Below, piece after piece: positions 18,082 through 28,524 of a DNA stretch of 64,000 bases (position 1 is the first letter of the stretch; the number at the start of each line of letters is the position of its first letter). This DNA comes from an uncultured Bacteroidales bacterium (GTDB lineage: Bacteria; Bacteroidota; Bacteroidia; Bacteroidales; VadinHA17), in the NCBI GenBank assembly GCA_963825165.1, contig CAWGRY010000003.1:129605-193604 (forward strand), in the 5' to 3' direction. The notes under the pieces were generated by a model, which saw only the letters and a program-made list of their open reading frames with translations, made no database searches and was not told where the DNA came from. Made by a program: the position numbers and the translations under genes.

Positions 18082-19488
18082 ATGGAAGAAGAGAAATATG
18101 GTTTCGTGCACGACAGTGAGGTAGAAGAGGTTATTCTCCGGTTTGAGAAGATGCGGAAGAATAAGGAGGCATGTTACTTCGATGTGATTGAATTTGAAGC
18201 GATTATAGATTATTACCTGGATGGTAACAAACCTGTGAATGCTTTTGAAGCCACATCATTCGCGTGTGAGCTTCATCCTAATTCAGTTCCGATACAGATT
18301 CGCAAGGCCAGGGTGCTGCTTGAGAAAGGAAGAGCCACGGAAGCCCTTGCCATCGCCAATCTTATAGAAAATATTGAGCCCGGCAATTATGACATCTATG
18401 TGTGCAAGGGAACAGCACTGGCAATGCTGGGAGATGTTGCCGGAGCCAGGAAAGTCTTCAATATGGCATTGGAATCAAACTCTGAGGACCAGGAAACAAT
18501 CCTGTACAGCATAACATCCGTGCTGCAGAACCTCAATTATTATGAAGAGATGATACCTTACCTTCTTATGCTGGAGAAACTCGAACCTGATTTTGCCGCT
18601 CATACCTATGACCTGGCATATGCCTACGACAAAAAAGGCGATTACAGGCAAAGCATTAAATACTATACCGCCTATCTCGATGAGGAGCCATATTCTGACA
18701 GTGCCTGGTATAACCTGGGTATAATATATAATAAAACAGGCGATTACGGTAAGGCACTTGAAGCTTACGATTATGCCCTGGCAATAAACCCGGAAAACAC
18801 CTTTGCCCTCTTTAACAAGGCCAACATACTCAGTAACCTTGAGAAATACATGGAGGCAATGGATGTCTACCGCGAGTTCGTTGAAGAGGAACCCGAAAGC
18901 CTTGAAGGACTTACCTACCTGGCAGAATGCTATGACAAAACCGGCAACGAGGAGATGGCCAGGAAATACTACCATGAGGCTATTGAACTTACCCCGGATT
19001 TTCCTGACCCGTGGTATGGCCTGGGATTGCTCTCCATATCGCGCGACAAGGCAGAAGAAGGTATATCCCCGCTTAAGAAGGCCATCCAGCTCGATCCGAA
19101 TAATCCCGATTACTGGTTCACACTGGGTAAAGCATATATTATGCTCGGGAACGTCAAACTGGCACTTAAGTGCTTCAGGGAGACGCTGAGAATCGACGGT
19201 TACTACGATGAAGCCTGGATAGAATCGGGACTGATAATAATGATGACAGGCGCTTTCGCAGGAGCGATACGGCTGCTCAGGAAGATTAAACAGGTAAGTG
19301 GTGATCTGCCTGGTATATATTTCCTCCTGGCATCTGCCTATCTCCACACCGGTAAAAAAACTGAAGCAAGGAAGGCCCTGACTGTGGCTGCCATGCTTGA
19401 TGACGAGCTGCTGGCGGACTATGCCATCATCCTGCCGGAGGAAATGCTCACACCGGCAATGAAAAGGCTCTTCAGTAAAACAAAGTGA
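18082..19488 (+). CDS. tetratricopeptide (TPR) repeat protein
   Basis: About 468 aa from MEEEKYGF. It has multiple TPR units (AWYNLGIIYNKTGDYGKALEAYDYALAINPEN, PWYGLGLL..., YWFTLGKAYIMLGNVKLALKCF). The start is chosen at the ATG after the -7 box rather than TTG 18010. Confidence 0.85.
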   Translation: MEEEKYGFVHDSEVEEVILRFEKMRKNKEACYFDVIEFEAIIDYYLDGNKPVNAFEATSFACELHPNSVPIQIRKARVLLEKGRATEALAIANLIENIEPGNYDIYVCKGTALAMLGDVAGARKVFNMALESNSEDQETILYSITSVLQNLNYYEEMIPYLLMLEKLEPDFAAHTYDLAYAYDKKGDYRQSIKYYTAYLDEEPYSDSAWYNLGIIYNKTGDYGKALEAYDYALAINPENTFALFNKANILSNLEKYMEAMDVYREFVEEEPESLEGLTYLAECYDKTGNEEMARKYYHEAIELTPDFPDPWYGLGLLSISRDKAEEGISPLKKAIQLDPNNPDYWFTLGKAYIMLGNVKLALKCFRETLRIDGYYDEAWIESGLIIMMTGAFAGAIRLLRKIKQVSGDLPGIYFLLASAYLHTGKKTEARKALTVAAMLDDELLADYAIILPEEMLTPAMKRLFSKTK

Positions 19489-19494
19489 TCCAAT

Positions 19495-20274
19495 ATGAAA
19501 AATGTAAGACAACTGCTTACAAACATTCCTGAACGACCATCCAAACCCAGGACTGAAGGCCTAACCATGATAATGGATAAAGGACTGAGCCTCAGGGAGG
19601 CTGAAGACTTAGCCGGAGTTGGAAGCGAATATGTCGATTTCGTGAAGCTTGGCTTCGGAACATCCGTTATCACACCTGATGTCGATAAAAAAATCAAAAC
19701 CTATCATAAGGCCGGGATGACGGTTTACCTTGGCGGAACACTCTTCGAAGCCTTCATTATCAGGGGAATGTTTAAGGAATATGTTAAGCTGCTGAAGGAA
19801 TCGGGGATCACAATGGTTGAGATATCTGACGGCTCCTATGAGTTTGAACACGGCGTGAAGCTTGACTATATCAGGAAACTGTCAAAGGAATTCACCGTCA
19901 TCTCCGAAGTGGGATCAAAGAAAAAAAACATCGTATATACACCTGCGCAGTGGGTTGAGATGATGAAGTCAGAACTTGAGGCAGGCTCAGTGAAAGTGAT
20001 AGCTGAAGCACGGGAATCTGGCACGATAGGAATATATAATGATGACGGCTCGGTAAACCTTGACCTGATAAATGCAATATCGAAGCAGATTGGCTTTCAT
20101 AATGTTCTCTGGGAAGCGCCGATGAAACCGCAGCAGGCCTGGTTTATCCTCAACTTCGGCGCCAACGTCAACCTTGGCAACATAGCTCCGACCGAGATAA
20201 TAGCCCTCGAATCACTGAGGCTTGGACTGAGGAGCGACACCTTCTTCAGGTTTCTCCCGGATGATATGAAATGA
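19495..20274 (+). CDS. comA: phosphosulfolactate synthase family protein (ComA/YitD-like)
   Basis: 259 aa with RPSKPRTEGLTMIMDKG, YVDFVKLGFGTS, LGGTLFE, ISEVGSKK, VIAEARESGT and ALESLRLGLRSDTF, all characteristic of the ComA family. Confidence 0.85.
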   Translation: MKNVRQLLTNIPERPSKPRTEGLTMIMDKGLSLREAEDLAGVGSEYVDFVKLGFGTSVITPDVDKKIKTYHKAGMTVYLGGTLFEAFIIRGMFKEYVKLLKESGITMVEISDGSYEFEHGVKLDYIRKLSKEFTVISEVGSKKKNIVYTPAQWVEMMKSELEAGSVKVIAEARESGTIGIYNDDGSVNLDLINAISKQIGFHNVLWEAPMKPQQAWFILNFGANVNLGNIAPTEIIALESLRLGLRSDTFFRFLPDDMK

Positions 20275-21026
20275 GACTGTTCGGCATTATAGGATATCCC
20301 CTCGGACATTCATTCTCTCAAAAGTATTTTACCGAAAAATTCAACAGGGAAAACCTTTCTGATCACAGCTACCGGAAATTCGAGCTGAATTCAATTGATC
20401 TCCTTCCTGCTCTGCTTGAAAAAGAACATGACCTCTGCGGTTTCAATGTTACCATCCCTTATAAGATCAAGGTGATGGATTACCTCGATGAAATTGACGG
20501 AATGGCTGCAGAAATAGGGGCGGTAAATACTGTCAGGGTGACACGCAGACACGAAAGCAAGCCATACCTGACCGGATTCAATACTGATGCTCCTGCTTTC
20601 AGGGAATCACTGCTGGAAAACCTGGTAATGCTGCCTGAAACAGCCATTGTCCTGGGCACAGGAGGAGCTTCAAGAAGTGTCATGCATACTCTTATTGATA
20701 TGAATATAAGGGCTATACCTGTCTCAAGAAGACCTGTGAAGGAGGGTTATTCGTATGACGACCTTCCGGGAGAGGTGATCAGCGAAGCCGGGTTGATAGT
20801 CAATACAACACCTCTTGGCACAGCACCGGCAACAGATGCCTCACCGCCGATCGATTACAGCTTCCTGAGGGAGGGACAGTTGCTTTTTGACCTGGTATAT
20901 AATCCTCCGGTGACACAGTTTCTTATGATGGGAGAGGAGCATGGATGCCATACTGTGAACGGTGAGGAGATGTTCCTGAAACAGGCTGAGCTGGCCTGGA
21001 AGGTCTGGAACCAGATGGTCAGATAA
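20271..21026 (+). CDS. aroE: shikimate dehydrogenase
   Basis: 251 aa with GIIGYPLGHSFSQKYF, GFNVTIPYK, GAVNTV, GFNTD and LGTGGASR. Its start overlaps the comA stop (ATGA). Confidence 0.9.
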   Translation: MRLFGIIGYPLGHSFSQKYFTEKFNRENLSDHSYRKFELNSIDLLPALLEKEHDLCGFNVTIPYKIKVMDYLDEIDGMAAEIGAVNTVRVTRRHESKPYLTGFNTDAPAFRESLLENLVMLPETAIVLGTGGASRSVMHTLIDMNIRAIPVSRRPVKEGYSYDDLPGEVISEAGLIVNTTPLGTAPATDASPPIDYSFLREGQLLFDLVYNPPVTQFLMMGEEHGCHTVNGEEMFLKQAELAWKVWNQMVR

Positions 21027-21771
21027 ATACAGTTTCGGGATATTCAATTCCCGTCAGCGACAAGCCATGGGCAGCTGCTGACTGTCCTGCCAGTCCGCGG
21101 TCACGGCCCTCAAGAATCCCTTCGAATTCCTTTAAAGACAACTTGCCCCTGCCTGCAGGGATCAGCGTTCCTACGACAGCCCTTACCATATTCCTGAGAA
21201 AACGGTCGGCCGTGATTGTAAAGACAAGCCTGCCCGGTTCTTCATCCCAATGGGCATAACTGACCCTGCAGATGTTTGTCTTGTTTCCACCGTGCAGGCG
21301 GCTGAAGCTTGTGAAGTCATTGTGATTCAGCAGTATGGCTGATGCCGCATTAAGCAGGTCGATATCAAGCTTCCAGTAGAGCAGCCAGGCGGTGTCAGTG
21401 ACGAACGGATCCTTGACGGTGGAAACAGTGTACTTGTAAGTCCTTGAAATGGCATCAAAACGGGCATTTGCATCAGGTTTTACCCTGACTGTTTTCCTTA
21501 CAGCAATATCCGGCGGAAGAATGCTGTTCAGGTTATATAAGAACTGTTCGTCAGAATCAAGGTCATTCCTTACTGAATCAAAATGTGCACAGAAAAATGA
21601 AGCATGCACTCCGGTGTCCGTTCTGCCTGCCCCCGTTATTGCAACCTGCTCACCAAGTAAAGTGCCAAGTGCCTTTGTAATAACACCTTGCACTGTGTGT
21701 TTCCCGGGCTGTACCTGCCATCCGTTATAGGCCGTTCCCCTGAAGGATAAGAACATGAAATACCTCGTCAT
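21019..21771 (-). CDS. truA: tRNA pseudouridine(38-40) synthase
   Basis: MTRYFMFLSFRGTAYNGWQVQPG..., catalytic GAGRTDTGVHA, and FLRNMVR. The start is taken at the Met preceding RYF. Confidence 0.92.
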   Translation of the reverse strand: MTRYFMFLSFRGTAYNGWQVQPGKHTVQGVITKALGTLLGEQVAITGAGRTDTGVHASFFCAHFDSVRNDLDSDEQFLYNLNSILPPDIAVRKTVRVKPDANARFDAISRTYKYTVSTVKDPFVTDTAWLLYWKLDIDLLNAASAILLNHNDFTSFSRLHGGNKTNICRVSYAHWDEEPGRLVFTITADRFLRNMVRAVVGTLIPAGRGKLSLKEFEGILEGRDRGLAGQSAAAHGLSLTGIEYPETVFI

Positions 21772-21858
21772 TGGACCCGTTTGGTGCAAAGATAGCCAAA
21801 GAACATTGGTGCTGCTGCAGCTTTTAAGTAAATTGCACTGTTAATTAAAACTCCGGTT

Positions 21859-22908
21859 ATGAATGAAATAATCCTTAAACGAGGGTTCGCAAGCGATAAC
21901 AATTCAGGGGTTCACCCTGCCGTCTTTGCAGAACTGGTACGTGTCAACCATGGACATGTGGTTGGTTATGGCGGAGATCCTTTCACAGAAAAAGCATATA
22001 CTTTGCTCAGAAAAGAGCTTGGCAGTGAGGCGGAGATCTTTTTTGTCTTTACAGGAACGGCTGCCAATGTGCTGGGCCTGGCCGGAGCTACCAGATCATG
22101 GAATTCTGTACTGACTGCCAGTACTGCCCACATTGAGGGTGATGAATGCGGAGCGCCTGAAAAATTCGCCGGATGCAAGGTGCTGACTGTCGATACACCC
22201 GACGGCAAGATCAGGCCTGAGCTGCTAAAAAGACATATGCACGGGTTTGATTTTGAACACCACAGTCAGCCAGCAGTAATTTCGATTTCACAGGTTACGG
22301 AGATGGGTACAGTTTACACCGTTGACGAGATAAAGGCACTGGCCGGTTATGCTCACAGCTATAATATGCTTCTGCATATGGACGGCGCCCGGCTGGCAAA
22401 TGCAGCAGTATCGCTGGGACTCCCGTTCCGGGATTTCACTACTGACGCCGGCGTCGATATCCTGTCGTTTGGCGGCACAAAGAACGGGATGATGTACGGC
22501 GAGGCAGTCTGCTTTCTCAGGCCGGGAATAACAAGCGGATTTAAGTTCCTGCGCAAACAGGGGATGCAGCTTGCTTCAAAAATGCGCTTTATTGCAGCAC
22601 AGTACATTGCTTACCTGACGGGAGACCTGTGGCAGGAGTGCGCCGGGCATTCGAATACGATGGCAAAGGAACTGGAAAAAAGACTGCGTGAGATCAGGGG
22701 CGTGACAATTACCCAGAAGGTTGAATCAAATGGTGTTTTCATTATTATGCCACGTGATGTGGCGGAGCGGATCAGACAGGAATATTTCTTCTATCCATGG
22801 AATGAACAACTGAATGAATACCGCCTTATGACCAGCTGGGATACAACTTCAGATGATGTCAATCAATTTGCAGACCGATTGACAGTTATGATGTCTGAGA
22901 GAAAGTAG
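21859..22908 (+). CDS. ltaE: low-specificity threonine aldolase / beta-eliminating lyase family (PLP)
   Basis: 349 aa with FASDNNSGVHP, FTGTAANVL, HMDGARLANA and the PLP lysine context SFGGTKNG. Confidence 0.85.
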   Translation: MNEIILKRGFASDNNSGVHPAVFAELVRVNHGHVVGYGGDPFTEKAYTLLRKELGSEAEIFFVFTGTAANVLGLAGATRSWNSVLTASTAHIEGDECGAPEKFAGCKVLTVDTPDGKIRPELLKRHMHGFDFEHHSQPAVISISQVTEMGTVYTVDEIKALAGYAHSYNMLLHMDGARLANAAVSLGLPFRDFTTDAGVDILSFGGTKNGMMYGEAVCFLRPGITSGFKFLRKQGMQLASKMRFIAAQYIAYLTGDLWQECAGHSNTMAKELEKRLREIRGVTITQKVESNGVFIIMPRDVAERIRQEYFFYPWNEQLNEYRLMTSWDTTSDDVNQFADRLTVMMSERK

Positions 22909-22912
22909 GAGG

Positions 22913-23269
22913 TTACTCGTACAAATCGGGAATTGCTGTTTTGCCGTAGTTCCAGTACAGCACTGACGTATCACCCTCCGCCTGCCTGTAATAAGCAGGT
23001 GTAACTGCATTACCGTCCGGAGTTAACAGAGCCTTTTCGTAAACAGCATAGACAGGATTAAAAATAATATCGGTAACCCCTATGGTGTAAAGCGTCTCAG
23101 TTGAACCTTCGGCAGGGGCATCTTCTTTAACCTTTACCTCCAGCTTATTATATGTCAGCAGGTCCCTGAGAAACTCCATCCTCTTTCCGGTTATCCCGCT
23201 TTCAACTATTGTACAGCGGATACCGTCTATTTCTCCGATCTGATGTTTGGCACTGGTCAGTGATGTCAT
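22913..23269 (-). CDS. hypothetical protein, last gene after nuoN
   Basis: 118-aa ORF starting 11 nt after the nuoN stop on the same strand. I recognise no motif. Confidence 0.45.
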   Translation of the reverse strand: MTSLTSAKHQIGEIDGIRCTIVESGITGKRMEFLRDLLTYNKLEVKVKEDAPAEGSTETLYTIGVTDIIFNPVYAVYEKALLTPDGNAVTPAYYRQAEGDTSVLYWNYGKTAIPDLYE

Positions 23270-23280
23270 ATTGCTTAAAA

Positions 23281-24702
23281 TTAGATGCCGTAACTCAGGT
23301 TCCTGATCATTTCATAGATACCGCTTGCGAAACCTGTGATCACAATACCGGCAATACAGATTGCAAGTCCCAGCTTCGACATGAAATCACTTTTAAATTC
23401 CGGTATGGGATTTTCGCTTTTATTGATGAACATGGCCTTGACCACAAGCAGATAATAGTACAATGCAACAATTGTATTAAGAACTGCAATAGCTACAAGT
23501 ACAAAGAATCCTTTTTCTGCAGCTGCGGCAAAAAGAAAGAACTTGCCGAAGAATCCTGCCACAGGCGGTATTCCCGCAAGTGAAAACATGGCAAGCATCA
23601 TTGTTAAGCTGAGTTTCGGATTGGTTCTGTACAATCCGTCATAATCATCCATGCTCTCCTTTCCGGTCTTTTCGGCAATGATAGCGACAATGCCGAATGC
23701 AGCAAGGTTGGTGAAGATATATATAAGCGCGTAGTAAATCACCGTGGTCATTCCAAACCTGGTACCGCTGATGAAGCCGAGAAGGAAGAAGCCTGCCTGG
23801 GCTATTGATGAAAAAGCCAGGAATCGTTTCATGTTTTTCTGCCTCAGAGCAAACAGGTTACCTATTGTTATGGTGAGCACGGCAATCACCCATATCACCT
23901 TTTCCCATGTGTCAATAATAACCGGGAAGACATTGTAGAGAATTATAATGAAGATGAATGCAGCTGCTCCCTTGCTTATCACAGAAAGGTATGATGCCAC
24001 GTTCACCGGAGCGCCTTCGTAGACGTCAGCGGTCCAGAGATGGAACGGTACCAGCGACATTTTAAAGCTCATACCCGAGAAGAAGAAAATGAACCCGAGA
24101 ATTGTGAGAGGCACTGATGAAGCCCTGGCAGCAACATCTGCAAAATACAGTGATCCGACGGTTCCATAGATCATTGACAGGCCATAGAGAAGGATCCCCG
24201 ATGACAATGCTGATGAGAGGATCAGCTTTATACCTGCTTCAGCCGATCTGTTCTGATATCTTTCGTATGCGGCCAGGGCGGCAAGAGGAATTGTTGCCAG
24301 CTCAATCCCGATATAGAACATCAGGAAATGGCCTGCAGAGATCATGAAATTCATTCCTATAAGCGTGGAGATCAGAAGCATGAAGTATTCATGGAGCCTG
24401 TCCCTGTTTTCAGGTCTGCCAAGCCATGTATATGACTGTATGAGAACAATGAGGGTCCCTATATTCAGGATATTCTTCATCAGCGTGGTGGTGCGCCCTG
24501 CCAGGTACATTCCCCCGAAAAGGGTTCCCTCAGGAGATGGGAGCATGCCGATTGCGGTAACGACTGCGAAAAGAATCACCCCAAAGCCCCTGAACCTTTC
24601 TTTCCTGGTTTCACCGGTGAAAACTTCCGCCACCAGAATTATCAGAAAGGCCAAAGTCAGAACCAGCTCGTGGCGCATCATCAAAAAATTATCAAGACTC
24701 AT
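23281..24702 (-). CDS. nuoN: NADH-quinone oxidoreductase subunit N
   Basis: 473-aa polytopic antiporter-like subunit, last of the nuo string. Confidence 0.9.
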   Translation of the reverse strand: MSLDNFLMMRHELVLTLAFLIILVAEVFTGETRKERFRGFGVILFAVVTAIGMLPSPEGTLFGGMYLAGRTTTLMKNILNIGTLIVLIQSYTWLGRPENRDRLHEYFMLLISTLIGMNFMISAGHFLMFYIGIELATIPLAALAAYERYQNRSAEAGIKLILSSALSSGILLYGLSMIYGTVGSLYFADVAARASSVPLTILGFIFFFSGMSFKMSLVPFHLWTADVYEGAPVNVASYLSVISKGAAAFIFIIILYNVFPVIIDTWEKVIWVIAVLTITIGNLFALRQKNMKRFLAFSSIAQAGFFLLGFISGTRFGMTTVIYYALIYIFTNLAAFGIVAIIAEKTGKESMDDYDGLYRTNPKLSLTMMLAMFSLAGIPPVAGFFGKFFLFAAAAEKGFFVLVAIAVLNTIVALYYYLLVVKAMFINKSENPIPEFKSDFMSKLGLAICIAGIVITGFASGIYEMIRNLSYGI

Positions 24703-24741
24703 TTTGCTGCTGGATTAATTATTCTCCTGTTATACAATATA

Positions 24742-26232
24742 TTACATAAGTTTTTGCACAATTGGCATAATGCTGTCCCTGATGATACCTGACAGTCCCG
24801 AAGGCAACATGCCTATATATACGATACCTGTCAAAAGTGCGAGGATAGACAGCTTCTCGTACCATCTGGCATCATTGAAATCGTTGTAATGAGTGTCCCT
24901 TAATGGTCCGAGAAGGAGTATTGCAATAACCCTCAGGATGTATACAGCTGTTATAACTATTGATGTTATCGCAATGATTGTGGCTACCCTGTGGAACGTA
25001 TCAGGATGCTCGAAAGCTCCGAAGAACACGTTCATCTCTGCCACGAATCCGCTCAGACCGGGTAATCCCAGCGATGCGAGACCTGCAATGACGTATGCAA
25101 CGCCAAGGAAGGGAATAACTTTCATCAGTCCGCCCATTTCACTTATTATCCTTGTGTGCGTCCTGCCGTAGATCATGCCTATCAATGCAAAGAAGAGGGC
25201 TGTCATAAGACCGTGTGAGACCATCTGGATAATCGCTCCGGTCATGGCTGTCTGGTTCATCATCAGTATCGCAAAGAGCACCAGTCCGCAATGGCTGACC
25301 GAAGAGTATGCGTTGATATACTTCAGATCCTTTTGCACAATGGCACCAAAAGCGCCATAGACAACACTTATTGTTGTCAGGATAATAAATATCCATGCCA
25401 TTTCATTTGCTGCTTCAGGCATGAGAAACATGGCTACCCTGAAACAACCGTAACCTCCGAGCTTCATCAGTACGCCGGCATGGAGCATTGATACGGCAGT
25501 AGGAGCAGAGGAGTGACCGTCAGGAGACCAGGTATGCAGGGGGAACAAAGCCCCGAGAACGCCAAAACCAACGAAGGTCAGCGGAAAGAACCACCTCTGG
25601 GCCTCAATCGGAATTGTGACCTTTGAAATCTCGATTATGTTGAATGTAAACTCACCGCCGTCAGGAGCCGAGTTAAAATATATACCGAATAACCCGATCA
25701 TAAGGAGGGCAGAACCTCCCATAAGCATCAGGGTCAGCTTCATGGCAGCGTACTCCTTTGGCCCGCTGCCCCAGATCCCGATCAGTATGTACATTGGAAT
25801 AACTGCAAGCTCATAAAAGAGAAACATTGTGAACAGATCCAGTGATATGAAGAACCCAAAGACGCCCGTTGCCAGAAGGATAAGAGAAACGAAAAACTCC
25901 TTCCTCAGATCATCCATCTCCCATGATGCATATATCCCGGCAAAAACAACAATCGATGTGAGAGCTATCATGGCAACCGAGATCCCGTCGACACCTACGG
26001 TATAGTATATATTCAGGCTTTTAAACCACTCGTAGCTGCTCACCAGGAGCATCTGATCCGTGTTGCCTGCCTTTCGCTCCGCGAGATACAGGAATACTAT
26101 TATGAAAGCAACAATAAGCTGAATGCCCATGCCAATAGCAGATACGACTTTCGCCTGTCGTGCATCCTTTACAAGCATAATGCCTGTGATTGTCAGGAGC
26201 GGAATTATAACCAGGCAGGATAATATATTCAT
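24742..26232 (-). CDS. nuoM: NADH-quinone oxidoreductase subunit M
   Basis: 496-aa antiporter-like subunit with HTWSPDGHSSAPTAVSMLHAGVLMKLGGYG. Confidence 0.92.
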   Translation of the reverse strand: MNILSCLVIIPLLTITGIMLVKDARQAKVVSAIGMGIQLIVAFIIVFLYLAERKAGNTDQMLLVSSYEWFKSLNIYYTVGVDGISVAMIALTSIVVFAGIYASWEMDDLRKEFFVSLILLATGVFGFFISLDLFTMFLFYELAVIPMYILIGIWGSGPKEYAAMKLTLMLMGGSALLMIGLFGIYFNSAPDGGEFTFNIIEISKVTIPIEAQRWFFPLTFVGFGVLGALFPLHTWSPDGHSSAPTAVSMLHAGVLMKLGGYGCFRVAMFLMPEAANEMAWIFIILTTISVVYGAFGAIVQKDLKYINAYSSVSHCGLVLFAILMMNQTAMTGAIIQMVSHGLMTALFFALIGMIYGRTHTRIISEMGGLMKVIPFLGVAYVIAGLASLGLPGLSGFVAEMNVFFGAFEHPDTFHRVATIIAITSIVITAVYILRVIAILLLGPLRDTHYNDFNDARWYEKLSILALLTGIVYIGMLPSGLSGIIRDSIMPIVQKLM

Positions 26233-26259
26233 ATTCAGATATTTTTCGACTTATGACGC

Positions 26260-28179
26260 TTATTTTACCAGGTAAATAAAGATCAGGACAAGGGCAACGG
26301 CCCCTGATACAAAGACAAATCCGTACTGCTGCAGCTGACCTGACTGCAGGCCTTTGATACGGTTTGAGACAGCCTGTGTCACCCATGCAATTCCGTTCAT
26401 TGTCCCGTCGACAATATGCCGGTCAAACCATGCTACCGGTTGTGAGACACGCCTGAATATTATCTTCTTCGTGATAAAAAGGTACAGCTCGTCAATATAG
26501 AACTTGTTGTATGCCCATTTATAGCTGTGTTTGAATGTTGCTGCAAGCCTGCCAGGAAGTGTGTTTTCTTTCCTGTACATCACCCAGGCAATTGCAATAC
26601 CAGTAAGGGCGATGATGAGCGAGGGTACCGCAACGATCCATTCAATATGTGACTCAAACGGCGCGCCGTCCGAAGTCACCAGCCTGTTGAAAGGAAGCAA
26701 ACCTGAGAACACCGAACCGAAGGCAAGGATGATCAGAGGAATGGTCATAGTTGCAGGAGATTCATGCGGAGTGTGCTCGTACTTCCTGTCATGCCCGTGG
26801 AATATTGAAAAATAGAGCCTGAACATGTAGAACGCTGTCAGACCTGCCACAAGATACTCGATGGCAAACAGCACCTTATCATGGTGGAAGGCCGCTGTGA
26901 GTATCTCATCCTTGCTGAAGAAGCCTGAAAGCGGAAAAAGACCTGAAATGGTGAGGCATGCAATAAGGAAAGTGATGTTGGTTATCGGCAGGTGTTTCCT
27001 GAGCCCTCCCATCTCCGTCATGTAATTGCTGTGCACGGCATGAATAACCGAGCCGGCACCGAGGAACAAAAGGGCTTTGAACATTGCATGGTTAAACAGA
27101 TGCCAGTTCGACGCCATGAAACCGAGACCCTCATGTCCTCCGTAACCGGAGACACCAAGGCTGAAAATCATATAACCTATCTGGGAGATCGTGGAATAGG
27201 CGAGGACCCTCTTGATATCTGTTTGTGTCATGGCTATCACGGCAGCAAAGAGGGAGGAGAAAGCTCCCACCCATGCGATGATTTGCAGTGCCTCGGGAGC
27301 TGCGAAATAATAAACCGGGAACATCCTGGCGACAAGATAAACACCTGCGACAACCATGGTAGCAGCATGTATGAGAGCAGAGACCGGTGTGGGGCCTTCC
27401 ATGGCATCAGGAAGCCATATGTGCAGCGGGAACATTGCTGACTTGCCGGCACCTCCCACGAATATAAGTATCATTGACCATGTCATGACAGACATCCCGA
27501 GAAAGACAGCACCGCCTGTACTTGTGATTGCAGGTCCGTTAAGGTCGGTAAGGGTCACAAAATCAAATGTTTTTGTAGTAAATGACAGTATCAGGATACC
27601 GATCAGAAAACCCATATCGGCAAACCGGGTTACGATGAATGCTTTTTTCGAGGCAGCGACAGCGCTTGGCCTGGAATAATAAAATCCGATCAGCAGATAA
27701 GAGGAAATACCAACCAGCTCCCAGAATATGTACATCTGGAAGATATTGGTGGCGACAACAAGACCCATCATTGAGAAGGTGAACAGTGAAAGGAAAGCGT
27801 AATACCTCTCAAAGCCTTTCTCGCCTTTCATATAACCCAGGCTGTAGATGTGAACCATGAATGAGACTGTGCTGATCACCACAAGCATCATCACCGAGAT
27901 CGGATCCAGAAGAATACCCATATCAATATGGAGGCGATCTGTAAGTGTAAGCCATGTGCTGTTACATGCTATTATCTTCTGAAAGATTCCATCGGTAAGG
28001 CCGGCCCCCCAGAAATACTTCACAGCAGTTGCATATGAGAGAGCCGTAACTATTGCCAGGCCTGTTGTGCCAGTAAGCCCTGAAATACGGGCTTTAAGCT
28101 TCATCCCGAAGAGACCCAGCACAAGAAAGGTGACGAATGGGACGATTAGAATCCAAACTGTATATCCGAAATCTGCCAT
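26260..28179 (-). CDS. nuoL: NADH-quinone oxidoreductase subunit L
   Basis: 639 aa with WLPDAMEGPTPVSALIHAATMVVAGVYL and the long C-terminal extension typical of NuoL. Confidence 0.93.
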   Translation of the reverse strand: MADFGYTVWILIVPFVTFLVLGLFGMKLKARISGLTGTTGLAIVTALSYATAVKYFWGAGLTDGIFQKIIACNSTWLTLTDRLHIDMGILLDPISVMMLVVISTVSFMVHIYSLGYMKGEKGFERYYAFLSLFTFSMMGLVVATNIFQMYIFWELVGISSYLLIGFYYSRPSAVAASKKAFIVTRFADMGFLIGILILSFTTKTFDFVTLTDLNGPAITSTGGAVFLGMSVMTWSMILIFVGGAGKSAMFPLHIWLPDAMEGPTPVSALIHAATMVVAGVYLVARMFPVYYFAAPEALQIIAWVGAFSSLFAAVIAMTQTDIKRVLAYSTISQIGYMIFSLGVSGYGGHEGLGFMASNWHLFNHAMFKALLFLGAGSVIHAVHSNYMTEMGGLRKHLPITNITFLIACLTISGLFPLSGFFSKDEILTAAFHHDKVLFAIEYLVAGLTAFYMFRLYFSIFHGHDRKYEHTPHESPATMTIPLIILAFGSVFSGLLPFNRLVTSDGAPFESHIEWIVAVPSLIIALTGIAIAWVMYRKENTLPGRLAATFKHSYKWAYNKFYIDELYLFITKKIIFRRVSQPVAWFDRHIVDGTMNGIAWVTQAVSNRIKGLQSGQLQQYGFVFVSGAVALVLIFIYLVK

Positions 28180-28194
28180 CTCTGCTCTGCTTTA

Positions 28195-28512
28195 TCAGTA
28201 TTTTAATTCGTTTACGTTTTCAACGTTGATGTTCGAGAACCTCCTGTAAATGCTGATGATAATTGCGATGGCGACGGCAGCTTCCGAAGCGGCAACGGCA
28301 ATTACAAAGAGGCTGAAAAAATGCCCGTCAAGCTTGCCGGGAAACAGATATCTGTTGAAAGCCAGAAAGTTAATGTTAACGGAGTTCAGAATGAGTTCAG
28401 ATGACATCAGTATGGTTATGAGGTTTCTCCTGGTTAGAAAACCATAGATGCCTGTAAAGAACATTATCGTCGCCACGATGATGTAAAGCTCCAATGGAAT
28501 GCCTGGGTTCAT
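28195..28512 (-). CDS. nuoK: NADH-quinone oxidoreductase subunit K
   Basis: 105 aa with three TM segments, ELILNSVNINFLAF and AVAASEAAVAIAII. Confidence 0.9.
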   Translation of the reverse strand: MNPGIPLELYIIVATIMFFTGIYGFLTRRNLITILMSSELILNSVNINFLAFNRYLFPGKLDGHFFSLFVIAVAASEAAVAIAIIISIYRRFSNINVENVNELKY

Positions 28513-28524
28513 ATAGTCTTCAGT

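Noticed and set aside
18475-19512. 345-aa ORF antisense to the TPR gene, and the many other 60-185-aa antisense ORFs inside secA, ligA, nuo genes, dnaE2 and others
   Set aside because: The opposite strand carries a long ORF with unmistakable family motifs in every case. The antisense translations are low-complexity with no recognisable motif and are typical shadow ORFs.
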